A stretch of DNA of 64,000 nt from an uncultured Gemmatimonadales bacterium (GTDB lineage Bacteria > Gemmatimonadota > Gemmatimonadetes > Longimicrobiales > RSA9), in contig OY970192.1 of assembly GCA_963708135.1 (NCBI GenBank), positions 4,704,001 through 4,768,000 of the forward strand, in the 5' to 3' direction. Position numbers and translations under genes: made by a program. The notes beneath the pieces are model-generated. The model was not told where the DNA came from, ran no database searches, and saw nothing but the letters and a program-made list of their open reading frames with translations. Below are positions 10,299 to 19,065 of this stretch, piece by piece (the stretch's first letter is position 1; the number at the start of each line of letters is the position of its first letter).

Positions 10299-10359
10299 GG
10301 CGGGTGCAACCCGGTACGGACCTTGCCCGATAGGTCCCGGTCCAGCGAGGAACGGAGGC

Positions 10360-12324
10360 ATGAAAATCGACCGCAGGAACGCGAGCCCCGAGCGCAGGCG
10401 GACGGATCGGCGCGGCTCGAACGACCGCCGGGACGGACCGATGGGGGACAAGCGCATGCGCTTCTCCATCGTCTATTTCGTGCTGGTACTCGCGCTCCTT
10501 TTCGGGCTGAACTACATCCTGGGCCAGCAGCACACGAAGGAGCTGCCCTACAGCCAGCTGAAGGCGAAGCTCGCGGCGGGGCAGGTCAAGTCGGTCGTGC
10601 TGGGGCAGACGAGCGTCAAGGCGGTGCCGGTGGACAGCCTCAAGAAGGCTGGGGCGCCGGACGCGTGGACGGCCGTTCGCGTGCAAGGCGACGACCGTCT
10701 CGTTCCGCTGCTGGACTCGATGGATGTCAGCTACGCGGGCACGACGCAGGGCTGGTTCAGCCAGGCGCTCGGCTGGCTGCTGCCGCTGGGCCTGCTCTTC
10801 CTGTTCTGGATGTGGATGATCCGGCGCATGAACCCGGCGCAGGGCGTCATGACGGTGGGGAAGAACCGCGCTCGCATCGTGGGCGTGGAGGGGACGGGGG
10901 TGACGTTCGACGACGTGGCGGGGGCGGACGAGGCGAAGCAGGAGCTGGAGGAGGTCGTCGAATTCCTGAAGACGCCGGAGAAGTTCGCGAAGCTCGGGGC
11001 CAAGATCCCGAAGGGAGTGCTGCTGGTCGGCCCGCCTGGGACGGGGAAGACGCTGCTCGCGCGCGCCGTGGCGGGGGAGGCGGGGGTCACGTTCTTCTCG
11101 ATCAACGGCTCGGAGTTCGTGGAGATGTTCGTGGGTGTGGGCGCGGCGCGGGTGCGCGACCTGTTCGAGCAGGCCAAGGCGCAGGCGCCGTGCATCGTCT
11201 TCATCGACGAGCTGGACGCGCTCGGCAAGGCGCGCGGGGTGAGCGGGATCATGGGCGGGCACGACGAGCGGGAACAGACGCTGAACCAGCTGCTCGTGGA
11301 GATGGACGGCTTCGATCCCCGCCGCGGCGTCATCATCATGGCGGCGACGAACCGGCCGGAGATCCTGGACCCGGCGCTGCTGCGGCCGGGCCGCTTCGAC
11401 CGGCAGGTGGTGGTGGACCGGCCGGACCTGAACGGGCGGGAGGCGATCCTGCGGGTGCACTCGAAGGAGGTCAAGCTCGCCGGGGACGTGGACCTGCGCA
11501 TCGTCGCCCGGCGCACGCCCGGCTTCGTGGGCGCGGACCTGGCCAACGTGCTGAACGAGGGTGCGCTGCTCGCGGCTCGCCGGGACAAGGACCGGGTCGA
11601 GATGGCCGACATCGACGCTGCGATAGACCGCGTCGTCGCGGGCCTGGAGAAGCGGAACCGGCTGATCAACGAGAAGGAGCGCGAGATCGTGGCGTTCCAC
11701 GAGGCCGGGCACGCGCTCGTGGCGGAGGGCGTGGACACCGCGGACCCGGTGCACAAGATCTCGATCATCCCGCGCGGCGTGGGGGCGCTCGGCTACACGC
11801 AGCAGCTGCCGCTCGACGAGCGGTTCCTGCTGCAGCGGCGGGAGCTCATGGACCGGCTGGCGGTGCTGCTCGGCGGCCGCGCCGCGGAGGAGCTGGTCTT
11901 CCACGAGATCTCGAGCGGCGCGAGCAACGACCTGGAGCGGGCGAGCGACATTGCGCGCCGCATGGTCTCCGAGCTCGGCATGTCGGAGGCGCTCGGGCCG
12001 GTCGCCTTCGGCAAGCGGCGGGGGCCGGGCTTCCTCGACGGCGGCGAGGGTCCGGGCATGGCGCAGGAGCGCAACTACAGCGAGGCCACCGCCGAGACCA
12101 TGGACCAGGAGGTGCGCCGGGTGCTGAACGAAGCACACGATCGGGCATTCTCGATCCTGGAGGGGCAGCGCGCGGTGCTCGACCAGCTCGCGCACCTGCT
12201 GCTCGAGAAGGAGGTCGTGGAGCGGGCGGAGTTGCGCGAGCTCCTCGGCAAGCCGCCGGAGGAGCCCGGCGATGCGCATCGCCCCGAGGTCGGCCATGTC
12301 CCGGGCGACCAGGCCGCGGACTGA
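10360..12324 (+). CDS. ftsH: ATP-dependent zinc metalloprotease FtsH
   Basis: Two TM segments, [19 protein letters not shown] ([20 protein letters not shown]) and HEAGH; GGAGG upstream. Confidence 0.97.
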   Translation: MKIDRRNASPERRRTDRRGSNDRRDGPMGDKRMRFSIVYFVLVLALLFGLNYILGQQHTKELPYSQLKAKLAAGQVKSVVLGQTSVKAVPVDSLKKAGAPDAWTAVRVQGDDRLVPLLDSMDVSYAGTTQGWFSQALGWLLPLGLLFLFWMWMIRRMNPAQGVMTVGKNRARIVGVEGTGVTFDDVAGADEAKQELEEVVEFLKTPEKFAKLGAKIPKGVLLVGPPGTGKTLLARAVAGEAGVTFFSINGSEFVEMFVGVGAARVRDLFEQAKAQAPCIVFIDELDALGKARGVSGIMGGHDEREQTLNQLLVEMDGFDPRRGVIIMAATNRPEILDPALLRPGRFDRQVVVDRPDLNGREAILRVHSKEVKLAGDVDLRIVARRTPGFVGADLANVLNEGALLAARRDKDRVEMADIDAAIDRVVAGLEKRNRLINEKEREIVAFHEAGHALVAEGVDTADPVHKISIIPRGVGALGYTQQLPLDERFLLQRRELMDRLAVLLGGRAAEELVFHEISSGASNDLERASDIARRMVSELGMSEALGPVAFGKRRGPGFLDGGEGPGMAQERNYSEATAETMDQEVRRVLNEAHDRAFSILEGQRAVLDQLAHLLLEKEVVERAELRELLGKPPEEPGDAHRPEVGHVPGDQAAD

Positions 12325-12340
12325 GGCGGGCGGGCCGCTG

Positions 12341-13507
12341 ATGGCGCGGGGAGTGGAGGCCCCATCCCAGGGGGCGCCGCAGCCCGGGCATGACGGCGGC
12401 CGCTTCGGCTCGAGCGGGCAGGCGGCGATGTTCGCGCGCTTCCTGGAGAAGCATCGCGGCGAGGTCCACGCCGCTACGCTGCAGGACTACCCCGATCCCG
12501 ACGCGATCTCCTCGGCGCTGGCGTATCGCGCGCTGGCGAGCCGCTTCGACATCGACGTGGACATCGTCTACGAGGGACGGATCAGCCATCAGGAGAACCT
12601 GGCGCTCGTCCACCTGTTGCGCATCGACATGACCCGCGTCACGGACGCGCTCCCGCTCGAGCGCTACGATGGCGCCATCTACATCGACAACCAGGGCACC
12701 ACCACCCGGCTCAGGGACCGCTTCGAGGCCGCCGGCGTGCCCGCCCTGGCCGTCATCGACCACCACGCGCCGCAGGGCGTGCTCACCCCCGAGTATTCCG
12801 ACGTGCGGCCGGTCGGCGCCGCCGGGACGATCCTCACCGACTACCTGCGCAACGGCGGGATCCTCACGCTCCAGCCCGACCGAGAGGAGCACATCCACCT
12901 CGCCACCGCCCTCCTGCACGGGCTGCGGAGCGAGACGGAGGGCTTCATCCGCGCCGGCCCGGAGGAGTACGCGGCGGGCGAGTACCTGGCCCCCTTCATC
13001 GATCCGCAGCTGCTCGAGGCCGTGCTGCGCGTGCAGCGCAGCAAGGGCACGATGGAGGTCATCCGCATCGCGCTGACCGACCACTACACGCGCGGCGGCT
13101 TCTCCGTGGCCGGCGTCGGCTACCTGCGGCACGCGGACCGCGACGCGATCCCCCAGGCCACGGACTTCCTGCTGACCGAGGAGAACATCCACACCGCGGT
13201 GGTCTACGGCATCCTGCTCGGCGAGGGGGAGCGGGAGGTGGTGGTGGGGAGCGTGCGCACCTCCAAGCTCACGCTGGACGTCAACCAGTTCCTGAAGAGC
13301 GCGCTCGGCAGCGATCTGCGCGGACGCTACTACGGCGGCGGGCGCAGCCGCGCCGGCGGCTTCGAGATCCCGGTCGGCTTCCTCGGGGGCACGGAGGACC
13401 GCGAGCAGATGCGGCTGAAGTGGGACACGTTCAACCGTCAGATCCGGACCAAGCTGCTGCGCGCTGCGGGGCTGGAGCCGGAGGACGGCGCGGGGGAGGG
13501 CGCCTGA
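12341..13507 (+). CDS. DHH family phosphoesterase (NrnA-like)
   Basis: PDPDAISS, IDN, IDHH and C-terminal GGG..AGG motifs; start uncertain (12341 or 12428). Confidence 0.85.
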   Translation: MARGVEAPSQGAPQPGHDGGRFGSSGQAAMFARFLEKHRGEVHAATLQDYPDPDAISSALAYRALASRFDIDVDIVYEGRISHQENLALVHLLRIDMTRVTDALPLERYDGAIYIDNQGTTTRLRDRFEAAGVPALAVIDHHAPQGVLTPEYSDVRPVGAAGTILTDYLRNGGILTLQPDREEHIHLATALLHGLRSETEGFIRAGPEEYAAGEYLAPFIDPQLLEAVLRVQRSKGTMEVIRIALTDHYTRGGFSVAGVGYLRHADRDAIPQATDFLLTEENIHTAVVYGILLGEGEREVVVGSVRTSKLTLDVNQFLKSALGSDLRGRYYGGGRSRAGGFEIPVGFLGGTEDREQMRLKWDTFNRQIRTKLLRAAGLEPEDGAGEGA

Positions 13508-13525
13508 GCGGGCGCGGCCGCCCGT

Positions 13526-13978
13526 TCACGGCAGCTCGCGGCGGATCTCCTCGGCGATCTCAGGCGTGATCGGCTGGCGGCCGGCAAAGCCGCCATCGAT
13601 CTCGTGCCAGAAGGCGACGCGCGACTCACCCAGCTTCCAGCACAGCAGGACCGGGCGGCCGCGGTAGAGGCTGTGGAAGTCGATCAGCCCTTCCTGGAAG
13701 TCCTTGACCACGCAACCCACCTGGTCGAGCTCCCGGAGATAGCCGTGCAGCCGCTCGGCGTAGGCGTCCACGGCGTCGCTCAGCGACTGCAGCTTCGAGC
13801 CGAGCGCCTCCCCCGTCGAGGCATCGAGCTGCCGGTAGAGCGAGCGCTTGCGCTGGAACTCCGGGTAGCCGTCCACGATGTCGCGCACGATGCGCGCGAC
13901 CAGCGGCAGCGTCCGGCTCGCCTCCTCGACCGTGAAGAAGCGCGGCTGGCGCGCGCCGCCCGAAGCCGGCTCGCTCAT
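13526..13978 (-). CDS. DUF2203 family protein
   Basis: FFTVEEA...LP, KD...GLIDF, LCWKLGE..V.FWH...GFAGR pattern. Confidence 0.85.
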   Translation of the reverse strand: MSEPASGGARQPRFFTVEEASRTLPLVARIVRDIVDGYPEFQRKRSLYRQLDASTGEALGSKLQSLSDAVDAYAERLHGYLRELDQVGCVVKDFQEGLIDFHSLYRGRPVLLCWKLGESRVAFWHEIDGGFAGRQPITPEIAEEIRRELP

Positions 13979-14634
13979 GCGTCGCCCTCGGCGAGCACCC
14001 ACTCGCAGCCGGCCGCGCCCCGGACCGCGCAGGCGCTGTGCAGCACCCGGGCGCGCGTGCCGGTGAACGCCGCCACCAGCTCCTCGAGTGCGCCGCCGTA
14101 CAGCACGCAGGCAGTGCCGCTCGGGTCGAGCGTCGTAGCCAGGGTTCCGCTCGCCTCCACGTGGAGTGGCCGCCCCGAGACCCGCACGGTCCCGCCGCCG
14201 GCGAGCCCGCGCAGCAGGCGGCCGGCGGAGCGGCGGATGTAGGCGAAGGAGAGCGCGCGCGGGAGCGAGGGCAGGACGCGCGCGAGGAAGCGGGGCGCCC
14301 GCGCCACGTGCTCGCGCGCAACGCGGTGGCCGGCGTCGCGCAGGATCGCCTCGGCGTCCGGCCGCCGGAGCACGAGCTGGATGAGGTTGGCCGCCTCGGC
14401 GCTCGGCACCCGCCGTCCGCGGCGGGCCGCGCGCTCGTAGTTGTGGATCTGCGACTCGACCACCCCGCTCAGCCCGAGGCGGCGGGGCAGACTGGCCGAC
14501 AGGTCCTCGTCCTCCAGGATCTCGCCCGGGCGGTCGTGTGCCCGCACCGAGAGGAGCAGGGACAGCGGGAGGAACGGCGTGACCGGCTCATCGGGGAGCG
14601 ATCCGCCTGTGACATCGTCGGTTGCCGCGCTCAC
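13975..14634 (-). CDS. Hypothetical protein with V4R-like C-terminus
   Basis: C....G.L and C...G...CE motifs; 4-bp overlap with the downstream gene. Confidence 0.55.
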   Translation of the reverse strand: MSAATDDVTGGSLPDEPVTPFLPLSLLLSVRAHDRPGEILEDEDLSASLPRRLGLSGVVESQIHNYERAARRGRRVPSAEAANLIQLVLRRPDAEAILRDAGHRVAREHVARAPRFLARVLPSLPRALSFAYIRRSAGRLLRGLAGGGTVRVSGRPLHVEASGTLATTLDPSGTACVLYGGALEELVAAFTGTRARVLHSACAVRGAAGCEWVLAEGDA

Positions 14635-14684
14635 TGGTGCACCTTACCCTCAGCGGGGCGTAGATTCGCGCCGCTCAAGAGAAG

Positions 14685-14865
14685 TGCTTCGGCGTCCGGG
14701 TAGGGAGAGCCAGCGTCGCTTGCCGCTCGACGGCCCGCATGAGACCCGCTCCCCTGCCCGGCGTGGAAGGCCCCAACCGACCACAGGGTGTAGCGCCACG
14801 GCACCTGAAGCCGAGAGCGCCTTTCAGTGAGCGATCGGTGAGACCTTCCAACGCCGGAGCGAGGG
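14685..14865 (+). ncRNA. Putative IS110 bridge/seek RNA
   Basis: Two stem-closed domains (14697-14760 and 14760-14855) carrying GCCGCTC (= left target+core), GCATGAG (= reverse complement of core+right target), CACAGGGTGT (= element right end) and TGAG (= reverse complement of core). RNA ends are approximate. Confidence 0.7.
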
Positions 14866-14891
14866 AGTGAATCTCTGCTCGGAGGTGAGGC

Positions 14892-16139
14892 GTGGAAGGA
14901 CTGGATCCAAGCTACCTCGTCGGAATTGACTGGGCCAGCGACAAGCATGACGTCTGTGTGCTCGATCTGAGCGGCGCCCTCGTTGACGCGTTCACCATCC
15001 CTCACACGGCCGGTGGGCTGAGTGAGCTGATCCGGCGCCTGCGTCGCGTCAGCTCTCCGGCGCAGCTGCCCATCGCCATCGAGCGGCCGTCCGGACTTCT
15101 GGTGGATACGTTGGTCGAGGCCGGCTTCCCGGTCGTTCCGATCCACCCGAACGCCCTCAAGGCCACCCGGCCCCGCTACGCCGCGGCTCCGGGGAAGAGC
15201 GATCCCGGTGATGCCTACATCCTCGCCGACGTCCTGCGTACCGATGGGCATCGATTCCGGCCGCTCCGGGTCCCCTCCGATCGCACCAAGGCGCTTCGCG
15301 CCGCCGTTCGCACCCGCGATGACCTGGTCGCGACCCGCGTCCAGCTCGCCAATCAGCTCCGCAGCCTGCTCGACAGCTTCTGGGCCGGCGCTGCCGCCAT
15401 TTTCGCCGATGTCGATAGCCCGATCGCCCTCGATTTCCTGGACGCCTACCCCACCCCGGAGAGCGCCGCCCGCCTCGGGCCCAAGCGCCTCGAACGATTC
15501 CTCAAGCGCACTGCCTACTGCGGCCGCCGGCCGGTCGATCAGCTCCTCGAGCGGCTCCGCTCCGCCCCCGCAGGGCAGGCCGCCGAGCTCGAGAGCGAGA
15601 CCAAAGGTCAGCTCGTCCGTTCCCTGGTCGCCGTCCTCCGCCCTCTCGTGGCTCAGATCCGCGAGCTCGACGGGCTCATCGCCGCTCACCTCGCGCAGCA
15701 TCCCGACGGTGAGATCCTGAAGTCCTTCCCCCGCACCGGCACCATCAATGCCGCCCAGATTCTCGCCGAGCTCGGCGACGACCGGCTCCGCTTCGCCACC
15801 GACGCCCAGCTCGCCGCCGAAGCCGGCGTCGCCCCCGTTACGCACAGCTCCGGCAAGCATCGCGGCGTCGCCTGCCGCTTCGCCTGCAACAAGCGCCTGC
15901 GACAAGCCCTCACCACCTGGGCGGACAACTCCCGCCATGCCCACCCCTGGGCCGCCGCCGTCTACAAGTGCGCCCGTGCCCGCGGCTGCGATCACCCGCA
16001 CGCAATCCGAATCCTCGCCCGAGCCTGGGTCCGCGTGCTGTGGCGCTGCTGGCACAATCGGTCCACCTACGACCCCTCCCGACATGGACGGGCTATCCCC
16101 TTCTTCACCCCCGCGGAACCCACCGCGGCGGCTGCTTGA
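14892..16139 (+). CDS. IS110 family DEDD transposase/recombinase
   Basis: GIDWA, IAIER and KSDPGDA DEDD residues; GVAP...SSG serine motif; N.RLR and R.LARAW; GGAGG before the GTG. Confidence 0.95.
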   Translation: MEGLDPSYLVGIDWASDKHDVCVLDLSGALVDAFTIPHTAGGLSELIRRLRRVSSPAQLPIAIERPSGLLVDTLVEAGFPVVPIHPNALKATRPRYAAAPGKSDPGDAYILADVLRTDGHRFRPLRVPSDRTKALRAAVRTRDDLVATRVQLANQLRSLLDSFWAGAAAIFADVDSPIALDFLDAYPTPESAARLGPKRLERFLKRTAYCGRRPVDQLLERLRSAPAGQAAELESETKGQLVRSLVAVLRPLVAQIRELDGLIAAHLAQHPDGEILKSFPRTGTINAAQILAELGDDRLRFATDAQLAAEAGVAPVTHSSGKHRGVACRFACNKRLRQALTTWADNSRHAHPWAAAVYKCARARGCDHPHAIRILARAWVRVLWRCWHNRSTYDPSRHGRAIPFFTPAEPTAAAA

Positions 16140-16323
16140 ACACAGGGGGGTTGACACAGGGTGTCTCATGCCGCCTCGTGAAGGAGCCACCGGTGCGCGG
16201 CTCAATCTTGCGGCGCGGCGGCCCGACTGGCAACGGGGCAGGGAGGCGGCACCCGGCCCGCTTCCTGCATTGTCAGGGGCCCGCTGACAGGAACGGCACC
16301 GCGCCCAGTCGGAGGACCCCCCA

Positions 16324-16770
16324 ATGGTGGATGAAACCTGCATCTTCTGCCGCATCATCGGCGGCGCGGAGATGGTGAGCATCGTGCACGAGGACAGCGA
16401 CGTGATCGCCTTCATGGACATCCAGCCCGCGAGCGTCGGCCACACCCTCGTGGTCACGAAGGACCACTACCCGACCCTCTTCGAGCTGCCGGACGACCTG
16501 GCCGCCCACTGCATCTCCACCGCCAAGTGGATCGGCGAGGCGATCAAGCGCGCCACCGGCGCCGACGCCGTCAACCTCTTCAGCGCCAACGGCCGCGCCG
16601 GCGGCCAGGACGTGCTCCACTTCCATCTGCACCTCATTCCCGTCCGTGAAGGCGACGACTTCGCCCTCCAGCTCCCGCTCGCCGACGCGCGCATCCCGTC
16701 GCGCTCCGAGCTCGACGTGACCGCCGCCCGCATCGGCCGGGCCGTCCAGGACCAGAGCGCGAAGGTCTGA
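16324..16770 (+). CDS. HIT family hydrolase
   Basis: CIFCRII, AFMDIQP..GHTLVV and HFHLHLIP histidine triad. Confidence 0.92.
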   Translation: MVDETCIFCRIIGGAEMVSIVHEDSDVIAFMDIQPASVGHTLVVTKDHYPTLFELPDDLAAHCISTAKWIGEAIKRATGADAVNLFSANGRAGGQDVLHFHLHLIPVREGDDFALQLPLADARIPSRSELDVTAARIGRAVQDQSAKV

Positions 16771-16882
16771 GGGCCGCCCCCCACGGGCCGGGGGGCGGGG
16801 AAGCCGCGGGACGCGCACCGGGCCGCGGCCGCTCCAGACGTTTTCCTTGCCTGACCTCCCGCGAGGCACCAACTTGCTGGCG

Positions 16883-18007
16883 ATGGAACGGTATCCTCCC
16901 TTCGATCCGCCGGAGTACCTCTCCTGGAAGCCCGATCCCGCGCTGACCGCGGAGTACCGCGAGCGACTTGCGGCGGACCCGTCGCGTGCGGCGATCATCG
17001 AGGGGCTCGATGAGGCGGCGCTCCTCGCGCTGTACGCCGGCATGCTGCGCAACCGGCTGCACGACTACGCGCTGAAGCGCTGGGTGCGGCAGGGCGTGAT
17101 CTCGAAGGCGTGGCTGGGGACGGGCGAGGAGGCGGTCACGATCGGAAACGTGCACGCGCTGGAGCGCGGCGTGGACGTTGTGGCGCCGATGATCCGGAAC
17201 GCGGGCGCCTGCCACGAGCTGGGGATGCCGCTGGACGACATGCTGCGTGGCTACCTGGGCACGGCCGACTCGCCGACGCACGGGCACGACCTGCACATCG
17301 GCTCGCTCGAGCACGGCGTGCTGCAGCCGATCTCACCGGTCGCGGAGATGGTGCCGATCATAACGGGGGTGGCGATGGCGTTCCAGCGGCGGGGCGAGCC
17401 GCGGGTCGCGCTGACCTGGGTGGGCGATGGCGCCACCAAGGCGGGCCTGTTCCACGAGGGGATGAGCCTGGCGGCGGTGCAGCAGGTGCCGGCGATCTTC
17501 GTCCTGCAGAACAACCAGGTCGCGCTCGGCACCCGCCTCGACCAGCACCAGCGGGGCGACCTCCTCGACTGGCCGCGGCTCTACGGGGTGGCAGGGGCGT
17601 CGGCGGACGGGAACAACGTGCTCGACGTCTATGCGGCCACGAAGCTCGCGGCGGACCGCGCGCGCGCGGGCGGCGGCGTGACGCTGCTGGTGGCGGAGAC
17701 GTTCCGGATGGGGGGACACGCCACGCACGACGAGGCGGAGGCGCGGGCGACGTTCCCGCCGGAGCTCTTCGAGCGCTGGGGCCGCCGGGACCCGATCGGC
17801 CTGTACGAGGAGTACCTGGTGGGCGAGGGGATCGGGCGGGACCGGCTGGAGTCGATCGAGGCGGACGTCATCGCCGAGGTCGATGCCGCCGCGGAGCGGG
17901 CGCTGGCCTCGCGCGAGGGCGCCCCCGCCAGGGCGGCCGATGCCGAGTACGCGGGCGTGAGCGCGGGGGTCCGGCAGCCGGGGCTGGCGGCCCGGCTCAG
18001 GCGCTGA
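16883..18007 (+). CDS. TPP-dependent 2-oxoacid dehydrogenase E1 alpha-like subunit
   Basis: GEEA, GDGAT...NNQ TPP motif, DGNNVL, R..GHATHD and RDPI. Confidence 0.88.
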   Translation: MERYPPFDPPEYLSWKPDPALTAEYRERLAADPSRAAIIEGLDEAALLALYAGMLRNRLHDYALKRWVRQGVISKAWLGTGEEAVTIGNVHALERGVDVVAPMIRNAGACHELGMPLDDMLRGYLGTADSPTHGHDLHIGSLEHGVLQPISPVAEMVPIITGVAMAFQRRGEPRVALTWVGDGATKAGLFHEGMSLAAVQQVPAIFVLQNNQVALGTRLDQHQRGDLLDWPRLYGVAGASADGNNVLDVYAATKLAADRARAGGGVTLLVAETFRMGGHATHDEAEARATFPPELFERWGRRDPIGLYEEYLVGEGIGRDRLESIEADVIAEVDAAAERALASREGAPARAADAEYAGVSAGVRQPGLAARLRR

Positions 18008-18590
18008 TCCCGGCGCGCGCCGCGAGCTCGAGGAACTGACCCAGGATGCGGTGGGTGAGCCCCCAGATCACGTGCTCGCCGTAGGCGATGGAGGGGAAGG
18101 TCCGCCGCATCCCCTCGATCTCGAGCACCAGCTCGCTGGCGGCGCCCTCGGCCCGGAGCTCATCGAGCGGGACCCAGAGCGCGGCCTCGACCTCGCGCGG
18201 ATCGGGGCTCGCCACCACGTCCGCGGGCACGCCGAACACGAAGGGCGCGATGACCAGCGGCGGCAGGCGGCGCGAGCCCGGCGCGACCTCGTCGAGCGCG
18301 CCGAGCGGGTGGAGCGGTGCGCCGATGCCGGTCTCCTCCTCGGTCTCCCGGACGGCCGTGGCGTGGAGGTCCGGATCGCGCAGATCGCGCCGCCCGCCGG
18401 GGAGAGCCATGTGGCCGGACCAGGGGTCGCCTGCCACCTCGGCGCGCTTGATGAGCAGCAGCTCGAGCCTCTGGCGTGGGCGCAGGAGCAGCGCGACGGC
18501 GGCCTCGCGCGACTCCGGCTCGCGCGGCAGGCCGCGGGCGCGGTGGCCCGCGAGCACGGCCTCGAGCCGGAGGATGCGGGGGTCGTCCAT
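17997..18590 (-). CDS. CoA pyrophosphatase (Nudix, NudL-like)
   Basis: AAVALL, KRA....PWSG..ALPGG, A.RETEEETG and IWGLT motifs. Confidence 0.88.
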   Translation of the reverse strand: MDDPRILRLEAVLAGHRARGLPREPESREAAVALLLRPRQRLELLLIKRAEVAGDPWSGHMALPGGRRDLRDPDLHATAVRETEEETGIGAPLHPLGALDEVAPGSRRLPPLVIAPFVFGVPADVVASPDPREVEAALWVPLDELRAEGAASELVLEIEGMRRTFPSIAYGEHVIWGLTHRILGQFLELAARAGISA

Positions 18591-18653
18591 GCCGGACACA
18601 GTACGGCCCGGCGCTGAGGGGAGCAACGCGCGCTCCCGCGTGTATGAAGAATC

Positions 18654-18974
18654 GTGGCAGGACCCGGAGGCTCGCGGGACTCGACCCGCCGTGAACGGAT
18701 CTACCGCAGGGATGGCTGGCGCTGCGTGTACTGCGGCGCCGTGCTCCCACCCGACGAGTTGACGCTGGATCACGTGCAGCCGCGGATGAAAGGCGGAGAC
18801 GCCTCGGAAGGCAACCTCGTCACGTGCTGCCGGGCGTGCAACACGGCCAAGGGCGGAGAGGCCGCGTGGTCGTTCCTGGCGCGGCGTCCCGAGCTGCGCC
18901 AGAACTTCCTTCGCTACGCCCGCGGCATCTGGCCCCGGCTGCGGCGGGCGGTCGCCGAGGCGGCCGGCGAGTAG
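18654..18974 (+). CDS. Small HNH endonuclease
   Basis: RDGWRCVYCG, LTLDHVQP..GG and NLVTCCRACN..KG. Confidence 0.88.
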   Translation: MAGPGGSRDSTRRERIYRRDGWRCVYCGAVLPPDELTLDHVQPRMKGGDASEGNLVTCCRACNTAKGGEAAWSFLARRPELRQNFLRYARGIWPRLRRAVAEAAGE

Positions 18975-19065
18975 CCGCCCACTCCGGCTCAGGCAGGACG
19001 TCGCCCGCGGACGGGCGGCAGCGCGGTACCGCGCCCGACGCGGGCGCACTCCACTGGGAACGAAC

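Larger units (their letters stand above)
14674..16168 (+). mobile_element. IS110 family element bounded by a duplicated CTCA core
   Basis: CTCA at 14674-14677 and 16165-16168; ~215-bp left non-coding end, transposase, and a short right end with TTGACA at 16151; reconstructed empty site GCGCCG-CTCA-TGCCGCC. Confidence 0.85.

Noticed and set aside
18654..18974. HNH gene as IscB/Cas9-like or a mobile homing nuclease
   Set aside because: Only 106 aa with no RuvC segments, no flanking element ends and host-like codon usage.
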